Source: Actinomycetes bacterium
Lineage (GTDB): Bacteria; Actinomycetota; Acidimicrobiia; Acidimicrobiales; RAAP-2
Reading direction: 5' to 3'
DNA length: 64,000 nt
Assembly (NCBI GenBank): GCA_021818265.1
Contig: JAKAEP010000004.1
Location: forward strand, 4,108-68,107
The notes under the pieces are model-generated. The model did not search any database and had not been told where the DNA came from. It saw nothing but the letters and a program-made list of their open reading frames with translations. The position numbers and the translations under genes were made by a program. Shown here one piece after another: positions 1 to 8,500 of the stretch; the stretch's first letter is position 1, and every line of letters starts with the position of its first letter.

Positions 1-209
1 ACGAGCGGCGCACCGTCGCCGAGATGATGGCCAAGGGCACCTACGGCCACGTCGTGCTCGAGAGCGAGGACCTCGAGGCGACCGTCGCGGCCCTCGCGGC
101 GGCCGGGGTCGAGGTCGTCCACGAGCCGACCGACCAGCCCTACGGGATCCGCGACGCCGCCGTGCGCGACCCGTCGGGCAACCTCGTGCGGATCAACCAG
201 CGGCCCTGA
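1..209 (+). CDS. VOC/glyoxalase-family protein, C-terminal fragment (5' end outside window)
   Basis: The ORF-track frame 24..209 stays open to the window edge. The translation GHVVLESEDLEATVAALAAAGVEVVHEPTDQPYGIRDAAVRDPSGNLVRI looks like the last beta-alpha-beta module of glyoxalase/bleomycin-resistance proteins. Confidence 0.6.
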   Translation, partial: ERRTVAEMMAKGTYGHVVLESEDLEATVAALAAAGVEVVHEPTDQPYGIRDAAVRDPSGNLVRINQRP

Positions 210-238
210 CTCGCCCGGCCCGGCCGCGGGCCCGGCGG

Positions 239-244
239 TAGGGT
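239..244 (+). promoter_or_regulatory. -10 hexamer TAGGGT, 6 nt upstream of ATG 251 (leaderless start)
   Basis: TANNNT lies exactly 6 nt before the start codon with no room for a Shine-Dalgarno. The same architecture recurs at 12 other operon heads in the window. Confidence 0.45.
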
Positions 245-250
245 GGCGAG

Positions 251-1057
251 ATGGACACCACGGACAACGCCCCCTCGGCCCTCGAGGCCATCGACACGGT
301 GACCTTCAAGGTCGGGCTCAAGGGCTACAGCGTCGACGAGGTCGACGAGTTCCTCGAGCGGCTCTCGGGCGAGGTCCGCCAGATGAAGGACCTGGTCCAC
401 CAGCAGCGCCAGCAGCTGCGCCAGGCGGCCGAGCGCATCGCCCAGCTCGAGGGCGCCCGCCCGGCCCCGGCCCCGTCGGCCGCCCCGGCCCCGGCGCCCG
501 CCCCGGTGCGCGCGAGCGCGGCGGTCGCCCCCGAGGAGGTGGCCTCGATGATCGCCCTGGCCCAGCGCTTCATCGAGCAGGCCCAGGCCGAGGCCGAGGA
601 GAAGGCGCGCGAGCTCACGGCCCAGGCCCAAGAGCGCGCCCGCGAGATCGTCGGCGAGGCCCGCAGCCGGGCCGAGGACGAGGTCAACCGGCTCAACGGG
701 CTCAAGCAGCGCCTCGGCGAGGACGTCGAGCGGCTGCGCCGCCAGCTCGACGAGCAGCGCACGCGCATCTCGGGGGTCCTGAGCGAGTTCACCCACTGGG
801 TGGAGGCGACCTTCAGCGACGACGGCGCCCCGGCGGCCGCCCCCGCCCCGGCGCGCCCGGCCCCGGCGCCGGCCCCCGCGCCGGCCCCCGCGCGCGAGTC
901 GGCCGTCGCGCCGGTGACCGAGGCCGTCCCCTCCGTGCCGGCGCGCGCGGTGCCCCCGCGCCCCAGCCAGACGCCCCCGCCGGCCCCCGCGCCGTCGGGT
1001 CACACCCCGACCATCGGCCAGATGCTGCGCATGGACCAGGGGCGCGACGAGGCGTAG
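251..1057 (+). CDS. DivIVA-domain protein with Pro/Ala-rich low-complexity segments
   Basis: N-terminal FKVGLKGYSVDEVDEFLERLSGEV matches the DivIVA motif (RGY..eVD.FLd). It is followed by coiled-coil-like E/R/Q-rich sequence and PAPAPA tracts. Confidence 0.75.
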   Translation: MDTTDNAPSALEAIDTVTFKVGLKGYSVDEVDEFLERLSGEVRQMKDLVHQQRQQLRQAAERIAQLEGARPAPAPSAAPAPAPAPVRASAAVAPEEVASMIALAQRFIEQAQAEAEEKARELTAQAQERAREIVGEARSRAEDEVNRLNGLKQRLGEDVERLRRQLDEQRTRISGVLSEFTHWVEATFSDDGAPAAAPAPARPAPAPAPAPAPARESAVAPVTEAVPSVPARAVPPRPSQTPPPAPAPSGHTPTIGQMLRMDQGRDEA

Positions 1058-1112
1058 CCCTCGCCCCCGGCTGGTAGGGTCTCCGCTCACCCGTCACGGC
1101 AGAGGAGTGGAG

Positions 1113-2108
1113 ATGGCCGCCAGCTCGAAGACCACGTCCAAGGCAGCGTCGAAGAAGGTCCCGGCGAAGAAGTCGGCCAAGGCCCCCGCCAAGGCGCCGG
1201 CGAAGAAGGCGGCCAAGGCCCCCGCCAAAGCCGCCAAGGCCCCGGCGGCGAAGGCGACCGCCCAGAAGGAGCGCGAGGCCAAGGCCAAGGCCGCGGCCGC
1301 CGCCAAGGCCAAGGCCGCCAAGGAGCGCGAGGCGAAGGCCAAGGCCGCGGCCGCCGCCAAGGCCAAGGCCGCCAAGGAGCGCGAGGCCAAGGCCCGCGCG
1401 GCCCAGAAGGAGCGCGAGGCCAAGGCCAAGGCCGCCGCCGCCGCCAAGGCCAAGGCCGCCAAGGAGCGCGAGGCCAAGGCCCGCGCGGCCCAGAAGGAGC
1501 GCGAGGCCAAGGCCAAGGCCGCGGCCCGGGCCCGCGAGGTCGAGCGCAAGGCCCGCGAGAAGGCGGCCGTCGAGGCCAAGCGCCAGCGCGAGATCGAGGC
1601 GAAGAAGAAGGCCGTCGAGGCCGAGCGCCTGCGCAAGCTGCGTGAGATCGAGCGCCGCGAGGCCGAGGAGCGCAAGCGCCAGGAGCGCCGCGAGGCCGAG
1701 GAGCGCAAGCGCCAGGAGGCCCTCGAGCGCAAGATGCACTCCAAGCCCTACGCCGAGGACGCCCCCTTCCTCGAGGAGCTACGCGCCCTGCTCGACGAGA
1801 CGCGGGCCTCGACCATGCACCAGATCGACGTCGCCGAGAGCGAGGCCAACGAGATGCTGGTCGACCGCGAGCGCCTCGAGTACGACGACGAGGACGGCAC
1901 CGGGGCGGCGTCGGACATCCAGCGCGACCAGCTCAAGGAGTTCGCGGCGACCCTGCGCACCAAGGTCGACGAGATCGACGTGGCCCTCGCCCGCGTGGCC
2001 GACGGCAGCTACGGGCGCTGCGACGGCTGCTACGAGCCGATCAGTCAGGCCCGCCTGCGCGCGCAGCTGCCGGTGTTCACCTGCGTCTCGTGCCGCGCCG
2101 CCGTCTAG
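1113..2108 (+). CDS. Lys/Ala-repeat (histone-H1-like) protein with C-terminal DksA/TraR C4 zinc finger
   Basis: The C-terminus CDGCYEPISQARLRAQLPVFTCVSC is CxxC-x17-CxxC, the DksA/TraR finger. The N-terminal ~50 aa are AKKxAKAPAK repeats, followed by KEREAKAKAAAAAKAKAA repeats and an E/R/K coiled-coil. ATG 1113 has a GAGGAG Shine-Dalgarno at 1102-1107 with a 5-nt spacer. The track start GTG 1107 is the alternative. Confidence 0.8.
   Translation: MAASSKTTSKAASKKVPAKKSAKAPAKAPAKKAAKAPAKAAKAPAAKATAQKEREAKAKAAAAAKAKAAKEREAKAKAAAAAKAKAAKEREAKARAAQKEREAKAKAAAAAKAKAAKEREAKARAAQKEREAKAKAAARAREVERKAREKAAVEAKRQREIEAKKKAVEAERLRKLREIERREAEERKRQERREAEERKRQEALERKMHSKPYAEDAPFLEELRALLDETRASTMHQIDVAESEANEMLVDRERLEYDDEDGTGAASDIQRDQLKEFAATLRTKVDEIDVALARVADGSYGRCDGCYEPISQARLRAQLPVFTCVSCRAAV
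1266..1525 (+). repeat. In-frame tandem coding repeats (54-nt KEREAKAKAAAAAKAKAA unit; 87-nt super-unit duplicated at 1320-1406 and 1407-1493)
   Basis: Direct reading shows that 1320-1406 and 1407-1493 differ at only two synonymous positions. A further 54-nt copy lies at 1266-1319 and a partial copy starts at 1494. Confidence 0.9.
1653..1718 (+). repeat. Perfect 33-bp tandem duplication (RREAEERKRQE x2) inside the same gene
   Basis: cgccgcgaggccgaggagcgcaagcgccaggag occurs at 1653-1685 and again, identically, at 1686-1718. Confidence 0.95.
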
Positions 2109-2569
2109 GGGCCCGCGGCAGGATCAACCTCGGGGTCGTCGCGGTGGCGCTCGGCGTGACCGCGCTCGACGCGCTCACCAAGGCCTGGGCCCGCCACGCG
2201 CTGGCGCACCACGCGCTGCACGTCGCCGGCCCGCTCTGGCTCCGCCTGCACTACAACACGGGGGCCTCGTTCTCGGTGGCGAGCTCCGGGCCCCTCCTCG
2301 TGACCGTGGCCACCGCGGTCGTCGCCCTGGCCGTGGTGGTGGTGGGCCTGCGCGCGCGACGGGGGTGGCCCACCGCGGGCTTCGGGCTGCTCATCGGCGG
2401 CGGGGTGGCCAACCTGCTCGACCGGCTCGCCGCGACGCCGCACGCCGTGACCGACTTCGTCGCCGTCTCGAGCTTCCCGGTCTTCAACCTGGCCGACGCG
2501 GCGATCACCGTCGGTTTCGGCGTGCTCGCGGTGGTGGCCCTGCGCGGCGGGACCCTGGCGGCCCGATGA
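2090..2569 (+). CDS. lspA: Lipoprotein signal peptidase (signal peptidase II)
   Basis: Motifs LHYNTGASFSV, NLLDRL and FPVFNLADAAITVG, with four hydrophobic segments. The GTG start overlaps the upstream gene by 19 nt. Confidence 0.85.
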   Translation: MPRRRLGARGRINLGVVAVALGVTALDALTKAWARHALAHHALHVAGPLWLRLHYNTGASFSVASSGPLLVTVATAVVALAVVVVGLRARRGWPTAGFGLLIGGGVANLLDRLAATPHAVTDFVAVSSFPVFNLADAAITVGFGVLAVVALRGGTLAAR

Positions 2570-3501
2570 CCGAGCGGCTCGACCTTCGCGTCCCCGAGGC
2601 GCTGGCCGGCGAGCGGGTCGACCGCGTCGTGGCGACCCTGACCGAGCGCTCCCGGGCCGAGGTGCGCGCCGCGCTCGAGGCGGGGGGCGTGCGCCTGGAC
2701 GGCGCCGCGGTGACCCGCGGCGCGACGCCGGTCGCCGCCGGCCAGCGCCTGGAGGTGGACCTGCCGGCGCGCGACGACGGGACGGTCGCCCCCGAGCCCG
2801 CGGTCGCCGTCACCGTCGTGCTCGAGGACGAGGACTTCGTCGTGGTCGACAAGGCGCCCGAGCTCGTGGTGCACCCGGGCGCCGGCCAGCGCGAGGGCAC
2901 CCTGGTCGCGGGGCTGCTCGCGCGCTACCCCGAGATCGCGGCGCTCGCCCCGCTGGGCGAGCCGGAGCGCCCGGGCATCGTCCACCGCCTCGACAAGGGC
3001 ACCTCGGGGCTGCTGGTCGTGGCGCGCAGCGCCACCGGGTTGGCGTCGCTGCGCGAGCAGATGGCGACACGGGCCGTCTCGCGCACCTACACCGCCTTCG
3101 TCCAGGGGCACGTGGCCGAGGACCGCGGGGTGGTGGACGCGCCGATCGGGCGCTCGGCCCGCCAGCCGACGGCGATGGCCGTGCGCGGGGACGGCCGCCC
3201 CGCGCGCACGCGCTACCGGGTGCGCGCGCGCTACGACGCGCCCTACCCGGTGACCGAGCTGGAGGTGGAGCTCGAGACCGGGCGGACCCACCAGATCCGG
3301 GTGCACCTCGCCTCGATCGGACACCCCGTCGTGAACGACGCGCGCTACGGCCACCGGCGAGACGCGCGGCTCGCCGAGGGGCGCGTCGCCCTGCACGCGA
3401 GCGCGCTGGCCTTCTCCCACCCGCGCACCGGCGAGACGGTGCGGGTCACCCGTGAGCTCCCCGGCGACCTCGCGGCGCTGCGCGAGGGGGCTTCGGCCTA
3501 G
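2566..3501 (+). CDS. rluD: RluA-family 23S rRNA pseudouridine synthase (RluD-like, with S4 domain)
   Basis: ATG 2566 overlaps the lspA stop (ATGA). Catalytic motif HRLDKGTSGLLVVA, plus THQIRVH near the C-terminus. Confidence 0.85.
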   Translation: MTERLDLRVPEALAGERVDRVVATLTERSRAEVRAALEAGGVRLDGAAVTRGATPVAAGQRLEVDLPARDDGTVAPEPAVAVTVVLEDEDFVVVDKAPELVVHPGAGQREGTLVAGLLARYPEIAALAPLGEPERPGIVHRLDKGTSGLLVVARSATGLASLREQMATRAVSRTYTAFVQGHVAEDRGVVDAPIGRSARQPTAMAVRGDGRPARTRYRVRARYDAPYPVTELEVELETGRTHQIRVHLASIGHPVVNDARYGHRRDARLAEGRVALHASALAFSHPRTGETVRVTRELPGDLAALREGASA

Positions 3502-4349
3502 GCGACCTCGTGGGCCGCCACGACCGAGGCGTCCTGTCGCAGCACGGCCAGGGCCTCGTCCTCGGCGCGGCGGACCCGGCGCACGCCGATGTCCATCTTG
3601 GCCGCGGTCGCCTGCAGCGACAGCGGCGTGGCGCCGTTGAGGCCGAAGCGCAGCGTGAGCACCTCGCGCTGGAGGTCGCTCAGCTGGTCGAGGGCCCCGT
3701 GGATCTGGTCGTTGATCATCGAGGTCTCGATGCCGCCGACCCAGTCGTCCTGGCTCGGGGCGACGAGGTCGCCGAGGGTCGTGGCCGAGTCGGCCGAGGC
3801 CGGCTGGTCGAGGCTGGCCGTCACCCCGGCGAGGCCCTTGAGGTTGTCGCGCTCGGCCTTGGCCATGCCGGTGGCCTCGGTGAGCTCGTCGTCGGTGGGC
3901 GGGCGGCCGAAGGTCGAGGTGAGCTCGGCCGTCGTCGCCTCGAGCCGCTGGAGCTGCTCACCGACCTCGAGGGGGATGCGGATGGTGCGCCCGTGCTGCT
4001 GGACCGCGCGCTGGAGGGCCTGGCGGATCCACCAGGTCGCGTAGGTGGAGAACTTGAAGCCGCGCTCCCAGTCGAACTTCTCGACCGCCCGCAGCAGGCC
4101 GAAGACGCCCTCTTGGACGAGGTCGACCATCTCGACGCCCCGGTCCTGGTAGCGGCGGGCCCAGTGCAGGACGAGGCGGAGGTTGGCCGCCACCATCTGC
4201 TTCTTGGCCTCCTCGTCGCCGGCGGTGACCCGCTTGGCCAGCTCGACCTGCTCGTCGTAGTTGGGCATGGGGTAGCGGTCGAGGTCGCGCATCAAGAGTC
4301 CGAGCATGTCGGTGGTGTTGACGGCCGACCGGCGGGGGGTGGTGGTCAC
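3498..4349 (-). CDS. Sigma-70 family RNA polymerase sigma factor (group-2-like, no region 1.1)
   Basis: Region 2 reads LRLVLHWARRY..VDLVQEGVFGLLRAVEKFD..GFKFSTYATWWIRQALQRAV. Region 3 contains RTIRIPLEV and region 4 contains LSDLQREVLTLRFGL. GTG 4349 is preceded by a perfect AAGGAG (4355-4360) with a 5-nt spacer. The track start (TTG 4376) is less likely. Confidence 0.85.
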   Translation of the reverse strand: MTTTPRRSAVNTTDMLGLLMRDLDRYPMPNYDEQVELAKRVTAGDEEAKKQMVAANLRLVLHWARRYQDRGVEMVDLVQEGVFGLLRAVEKFDWERGFKFSTYATWWIRQALQRAVQQHGRTIRIPLEVGEQLQRLEATTAELTSTFGRPPTDDELTEATGMAKAERDNLKGLAGVTASLDQPASADSATTLGDLVAPSQDDWVGGIETSMINDQIHGALDQLSDLQREVLTLRFGLNGATPLSLQATAAKMDIGVRRVRRAEDEALAVLRQDASVVAAHEVA

Positions 4350-4376
4350 GGCGACTCCTTGTCTAAGGGGGGCCAA

Positions 4377-4454
4377 TAGTCTCGCGTCTCACGGATTGAT
4401 TTCTCCTATGAGCGCCTTAATAATTTACCACGGGCCCGGCCCCGGGCGCAAGGA
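4377..4454 (-). promoter_or_regulatory. Relatively AT-rich intergenic tract upstream of the sigma-factor gene (promoter region, not resolved)
   Basis: The tract contains ttaataattta, which reads TAAATT on the minus strand. This is unusual in this GC-rich sequence. It lies between the Rrf2 stop and the sigma gene Shine-Dalgarno. Confidence 0.3.
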
Positions 4455-4901
4455 TCAGGCGCTGTGGGTGCGCGCCACGGGCCGTCCGCCCCGGGCCTGG
4501 TCGGCCATGTCGGCCAGGCTGAAGCTGGCCAGGTGCTCGCGCATGTGGTTGCCCACGTCGGCCCAGACCTCCAGCAGCACGCACTGGCCCTCGTGGTCGC
4601 AGGCCCCGTTGCGGTGGGGCTCGCCGAAGTCGCCGGCGTTGATCGGTCCGTCGACGGCCGCGACGATCTCGGCCAGGGTGATCGCGTGCGCCGGGCGCGC
4701 GAGCACGTAGCCCCCGCCCACGCCGCGTTTGGAGCGCACCAGCCCGGCGCCCTTGAGGCTGAGGAGGATCTGCTCGAGGTAGGGCTGGGGCAGTCCGGTG
4801 CGCTCGGCCAGGTCCCGGACCGAGGTGGGCGACCCGTCGTCGCGCAGGGCCAGGCTCAATAGGGCCCGACTGGCGTAGTCGCCGCGGGTGGAGACCCTCA
4901 C
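4455..4901 (-). CDS. Rrf2-family transcriptional regulator
   Basis: MRVSTRGDYASRALLSLAL...VRDLAERTGLPQPYLEQILLSLKGAGLVRSKRGVGGGYVLAR is the Rrf2 winged helix. Only two clustered Cys are present (CDHEGQC). Confidence 0.85.
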   Translation of the reverse strand: MRVSTRGDYASRALLSLALRDDGSPTSVRDLAERTGLPQPYLEQILLSLKGAGLVRSKRGVGGGYVLARPAHAITLAEIVAAVDGPINAGDFGEPHRNGACDHEGQCVLLEVWADVGNHMREHLASFSLADMADQARGGRPVARTHSA

Positions 4902-4907
4902 GGGCCC

Positions 4908-4913
4908 ATGCTA
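4908..4913 (-). promoter_or_regulatory. -10 hexamer TAGCAT, 6 nt upstream of GTG 4901 (leaderless Rrf2)
   Basis: The minus strand reads TAGCAT-gggccc-GTG. A perfect 12-bp palindrome ccggggccccgg (4914-4925) abuts it. Confidence 0.45.
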
Positions 4914-4974
4914 CCGGGGCCCCGGAGCCCCTCGGGGGTGTCCGAAGGTCCCGAAACTCTGGCACACTGGCCCG

Positions 4975-5472
4975 GTGAGCGACGCCGACACCCCCCAGAC
5001 CCCGACGAGCGAGGCGGTCGGACCCGACGCGGTCCTGCCCCCGGGCGAGGAACCCGAGAACCCCGAGGAGGGGGAGGCCACCGACTACATCAGCCAGCCG
5101 GCCAAGGTGATGCGCATCGGCTCGATGGTCAAGACCCTCCTCGACGAGGCGCGCACCGCCCCCCTCGACGAGGCCGGAAGGACCCGGCTGCGCGAGATCT
5201 ACCGGACCTCGGTCGAGGAGCTCTCCGGGGCGCTCTCGCCCGACCTGCGCACCGAGCTCGCGCGCATGACCCTGCCCTTCGCCGCCGAGGTCCCCTCGGA
5301 GTCCGAGCTGCGCGTGGCCCAGGCCCAGCTGGTCGGGTGGCTCGAGGGTCTCTTCCACGGGATCCAGGCCTCCCTCTTCGCCCAGCAGGCGGCCGCCGCG
5401 GCCCAGCTGGAGAAGATGCGCGACCGGTCCCTGCCGCCCGGGTCCGACACCCGGGCGGGGACGTACCTCTAG
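4975..5472 (+). CDS. bpa: Bacterial proteasome activator (Bpa/PafE family)
   Basis: QPAKVMRIGSMVKTLLDEARTAPLDEAGRTRLREIY...LRVAQAQLVGWLEGLFHGIQASLFAQQ closely parallels mycobacterial Bpa as I remember it. The protein ends in GTYL (Bpa ends GQYL). The start is uncertain: GTG 4975 is chosen, and the track start is 4888. Confidence 0.75.
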   Translation: MSDADTPQTPTSEAVGPDAVLPPGEEPENPEEGEATDYISQPAKVMRIGSMVKTLLDEARTAPLDEAGRTRLREIYRTSVEELSGALSPDLRTELARMTLPFAAEVPSESELRVAQAQLVGWLEGLFHGIQASLFAQQAAAAAQLEKMRDRSLPPGSDTRAGTYL

Positions 5473-5527
5473 GGGGCTAACCTTCGAAATCCCATCGGTG
5501 TAGTTTGCGCAGGAGAGGAGGTCGCCG

Positions 5528-8500
5528 GTGCCCGACGGGTTCGTCCACCTGCACAACCACACCGAGTACTCGATGCTCGACGGCGCGGCGCGCATCGAAG
5601 AGCTCGTGCTCGCGGCCAAGGCCGACGGCCAGCGCGCCCTCGCGATCACCGACCACGGCAACCTCTACGGCGTCATCGACTTCTACCAGACGTGCCGCAA
5701 GCACGGGGTCACGCCGGTGCTCGGCCTCGAGGCCTACATGTCGGCCACGAGCCGGTTCGACCGGCCGGCGCGACGCGGCCGCATCGACGACACCGGGGGC
5801 GAGACCGAGGGGGGGCAGAAGCTCTACCACCACCTGACGCTGCTCGCGATGACCAACGAGGGCTACCGCAACCTGCGCGAGCTCTCGTCGCTGGCCTTCC
5901 TCGAGGGCTACTACTACAAGCCCCGCGTCGACTGGGAGCTGCTCGAGCGCCACGCCGGGGGGCTGGTGGCGACCTCGGGCTGCCTGGGCGGAGTCGTCCT
6001 GCAGGCCCTGCTCCAGGACGAGTACGGGCGGGCCCGCGAGCTCGGGGGGCGCCTCCAGGAGATCTTCGGCCGCGAGAGCTTCTTCATCGAGCTCCAGGAC
6101 CACGGCCAGCCCGAGCAGCGCCGGACCAACCCGCGGCTCGTCGAGCTCGCCCGCGACCTCGGGGCGCCGCTGCTCGCCACCAACGACCTGCACTACGTGC
6201 GCCCGGGCGACGCCGAGATGCACGACGCGCTCTTGTGCATCGGCACCGGCGCCCGGGTCTCGGACCCGGACCGGTTCCGGTTCCACAGCGACCAGCACTA
6301 CCTCAAGACCGCGGCCGAGATGCGCGAGCTCTTCGCCGACCTGCCCGAGGCGTGCGACAACACGCTGCTCGTCGCCGAGCGCGCCGAGGTGACGATCGAC
6401 TTCGACAACGACGCGCTGCCGGAGTTCCCGCTGCCCATGGGCTACCTCGACCTCTCGCACAAGGACGGCGCCGCGCGCTACCTGCGCGACCTCGCCTACC
6501 AGGGGGCCCGGGAGCGCTACGGCCACGACCTGTCCGACGCGGTGCGCGAGCGCCTGGACTACGAGCTCTCGGTGATCGGCGATATGGGCTTCGCCGACTA
6601 CTTCCTCGTCGTGTGGGACCTGATCCGCCACGCCCGCGAGAGCCGGATCCGCGTCGGCCCCGGCCGGGGCTCGGCCGCGGGGTGCTGCGTCGCGTACTGC
6701 CTGCGCATCGTCGACATCGACCCCATCGCCAACGGGCTCATCTTCGAGCGGTTCTTGAACCCCGGGCGCAAGCAGATGCCCGACATCGACATGGACTTCG
6801 ACGAGCGCTTCCGCGGGGACATGATCCGCTACGCCGGCGAGCGCTACGGCACCGACCACGTCGCCCAGATCATCACCTTCTCCACGATCAAGGCGCGCGC
6901 CGCGGTGCGCGACGCCGCCCGCGTGCTCGGCTACCCGCCCCAGCTCGGCGACAAGATCGCCAAGGCCATGCCCCCGCTCGTCATGGGCCAGGACCTCCCC
7001 CTCGAGGCGTGCTTCACCCCGACGCCGGGCTACGAGGGCCGCTTCGCCGAGGCGGCCGAGCTGCGGTCCCTCTACGGGAGCGACCCCGAAGTCCGCCACG
7101 TGGTCGACGTCGCCAAGGGATTCGTGGACAAGCGACGCCAGGACGGGATCCACGCGGCGGCGGTCGTGATCACGAAGGACCCCGTCCTCGCCTACGTCCC
7201 CGTCCAGCGCAAGAGCGGCCCCAACGCCGCGGGCGACGACGCCCCGATCGTCACCCAGTACGAGGCGACCGCCATCGAGAAGCTCGGCCTGTTGAAGATG
7301 GACTTCCTCGGGCTGCGCAACCTCGCGATCATCGAGCGCACGCTCGACCACATCGAGCGACGCCACGGCGAGCGCGTGGACATCGACCGGGTGCCCCTCG
7401 ACGACCCGGCCGTCTTCGAGATGCTGCGCCAGGGCAACTCGATCGGCATCTTCCAGCTCGAGGGCGACAAGATGCGCCAGCTCATGCGCCGGCTCGCGCC
7501 GACGTCGTTCGACGACATCGCCGCCCTGAACGCGCTCTACCGGCCGGGGCCCCTCAGCGAGAACGTCCACAACGACTACGCCGACCGCAAGAACGGCCGC
7601 CAGAGGGTCACCTACGACCACCCGGACCTCGAGGCGATTCTCTCCGAGACCTACGGGCTGATGATCTACCAAGAGGACATCATGCGCGTCGCCACCACGG
7701 TGGCCGGGTTCTCGATGACCGAGGCCGACGACCTGCGCAAGGCCTGCTCGAAGAAGATCAAGGAGATGATCCAGGCCCAGCGGGCCAAGTTCGAAGAGGG
7801 CGCCGAGCGCCAGGGCTACGGCCAGGCGCTGGGCAAGGCCATCTTCGACAAGATCGAGCCCTTCGCCGACTACGCGTTCAACAAGAGCCACGCCTACGGC
7901 TACGCGCTGGTGGGCTACCAGAACGCCTGGCTCAAGGCCCACTACCCGGTCGAGTACATGGCCGCGCTGCTGACCTCGTTCCGCGAGGACAAGGACAAGT
8001 CCGCGCTCTACCTCAACGAGGCCCGCCAGATGGGGATCACGGTCGGCGTGCCCGACGTCAACGCCTCCTTCGCCGACTACACGCCCTCGCCGAGCGAGGA
8101 GCGGACGATCCTGTTCGGGATGGCCGCGGTGCGCAACGTCGGCGAGGGCCTGGTGGAGCGGATCGTCCACGAGCGCGAGGCCCACGGACCCTTCGCCTCG
8201 GTCTACGACTTCGTGCGCCGCGTCGACCCGGTGGTGCTGAACCGGCGCACCCTGGAGTCGCTCGTCAAGGCCGGCGCGTTCGACTCCTTCGGGGTGAGCC
8301 GACGGGGCCTGCTGCTCGCCGTCGACGAGATCGTGGAGCTGACGCTCGCGCGGCGCAAGGACCTGTCGCTCGGCATCTCCACCCTCTTCGCCGCGCTCGG
8401 CGGCGAGGGCGGCGACGACTGGGAGGGGACCGAGGTGCCGATCCCGGCCGAGGAGTTCGACACCCCCGTCAAGCTCGACTTCGAGCGCGAGATGCTCGGC

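Noticed and set aside
1266-1525. Possible CRISPR-like or noncoding tandem array.
   Set aside because: The repeats are contiguous without spacers. They are multiples of 3 nt, in frame, and differ only at synonymous positions. They are a coding low-complexity repeat.
140-1744. Minus-strand ORFs 140..1090, 813..1739 and 1094..1744, overlapping the DivIVA-domain gene and the KA-repeat gene.
   Set aside because: These are low-complexity Leu/Gly/Arg/Ala mirror images of the coding repeats on the + strand. They have no start signals.
4434-4447. Palindrome gcccgg-cc-ccgggc downstream of the Rrf2 gene, considered as an intrinsic terminator.
   Set aside because: The nominal loop is only 2 nt and there is no following U tract on the minus strand. 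It cannot be distinguished from chance GC palindromes, so it is not listed as a feature.
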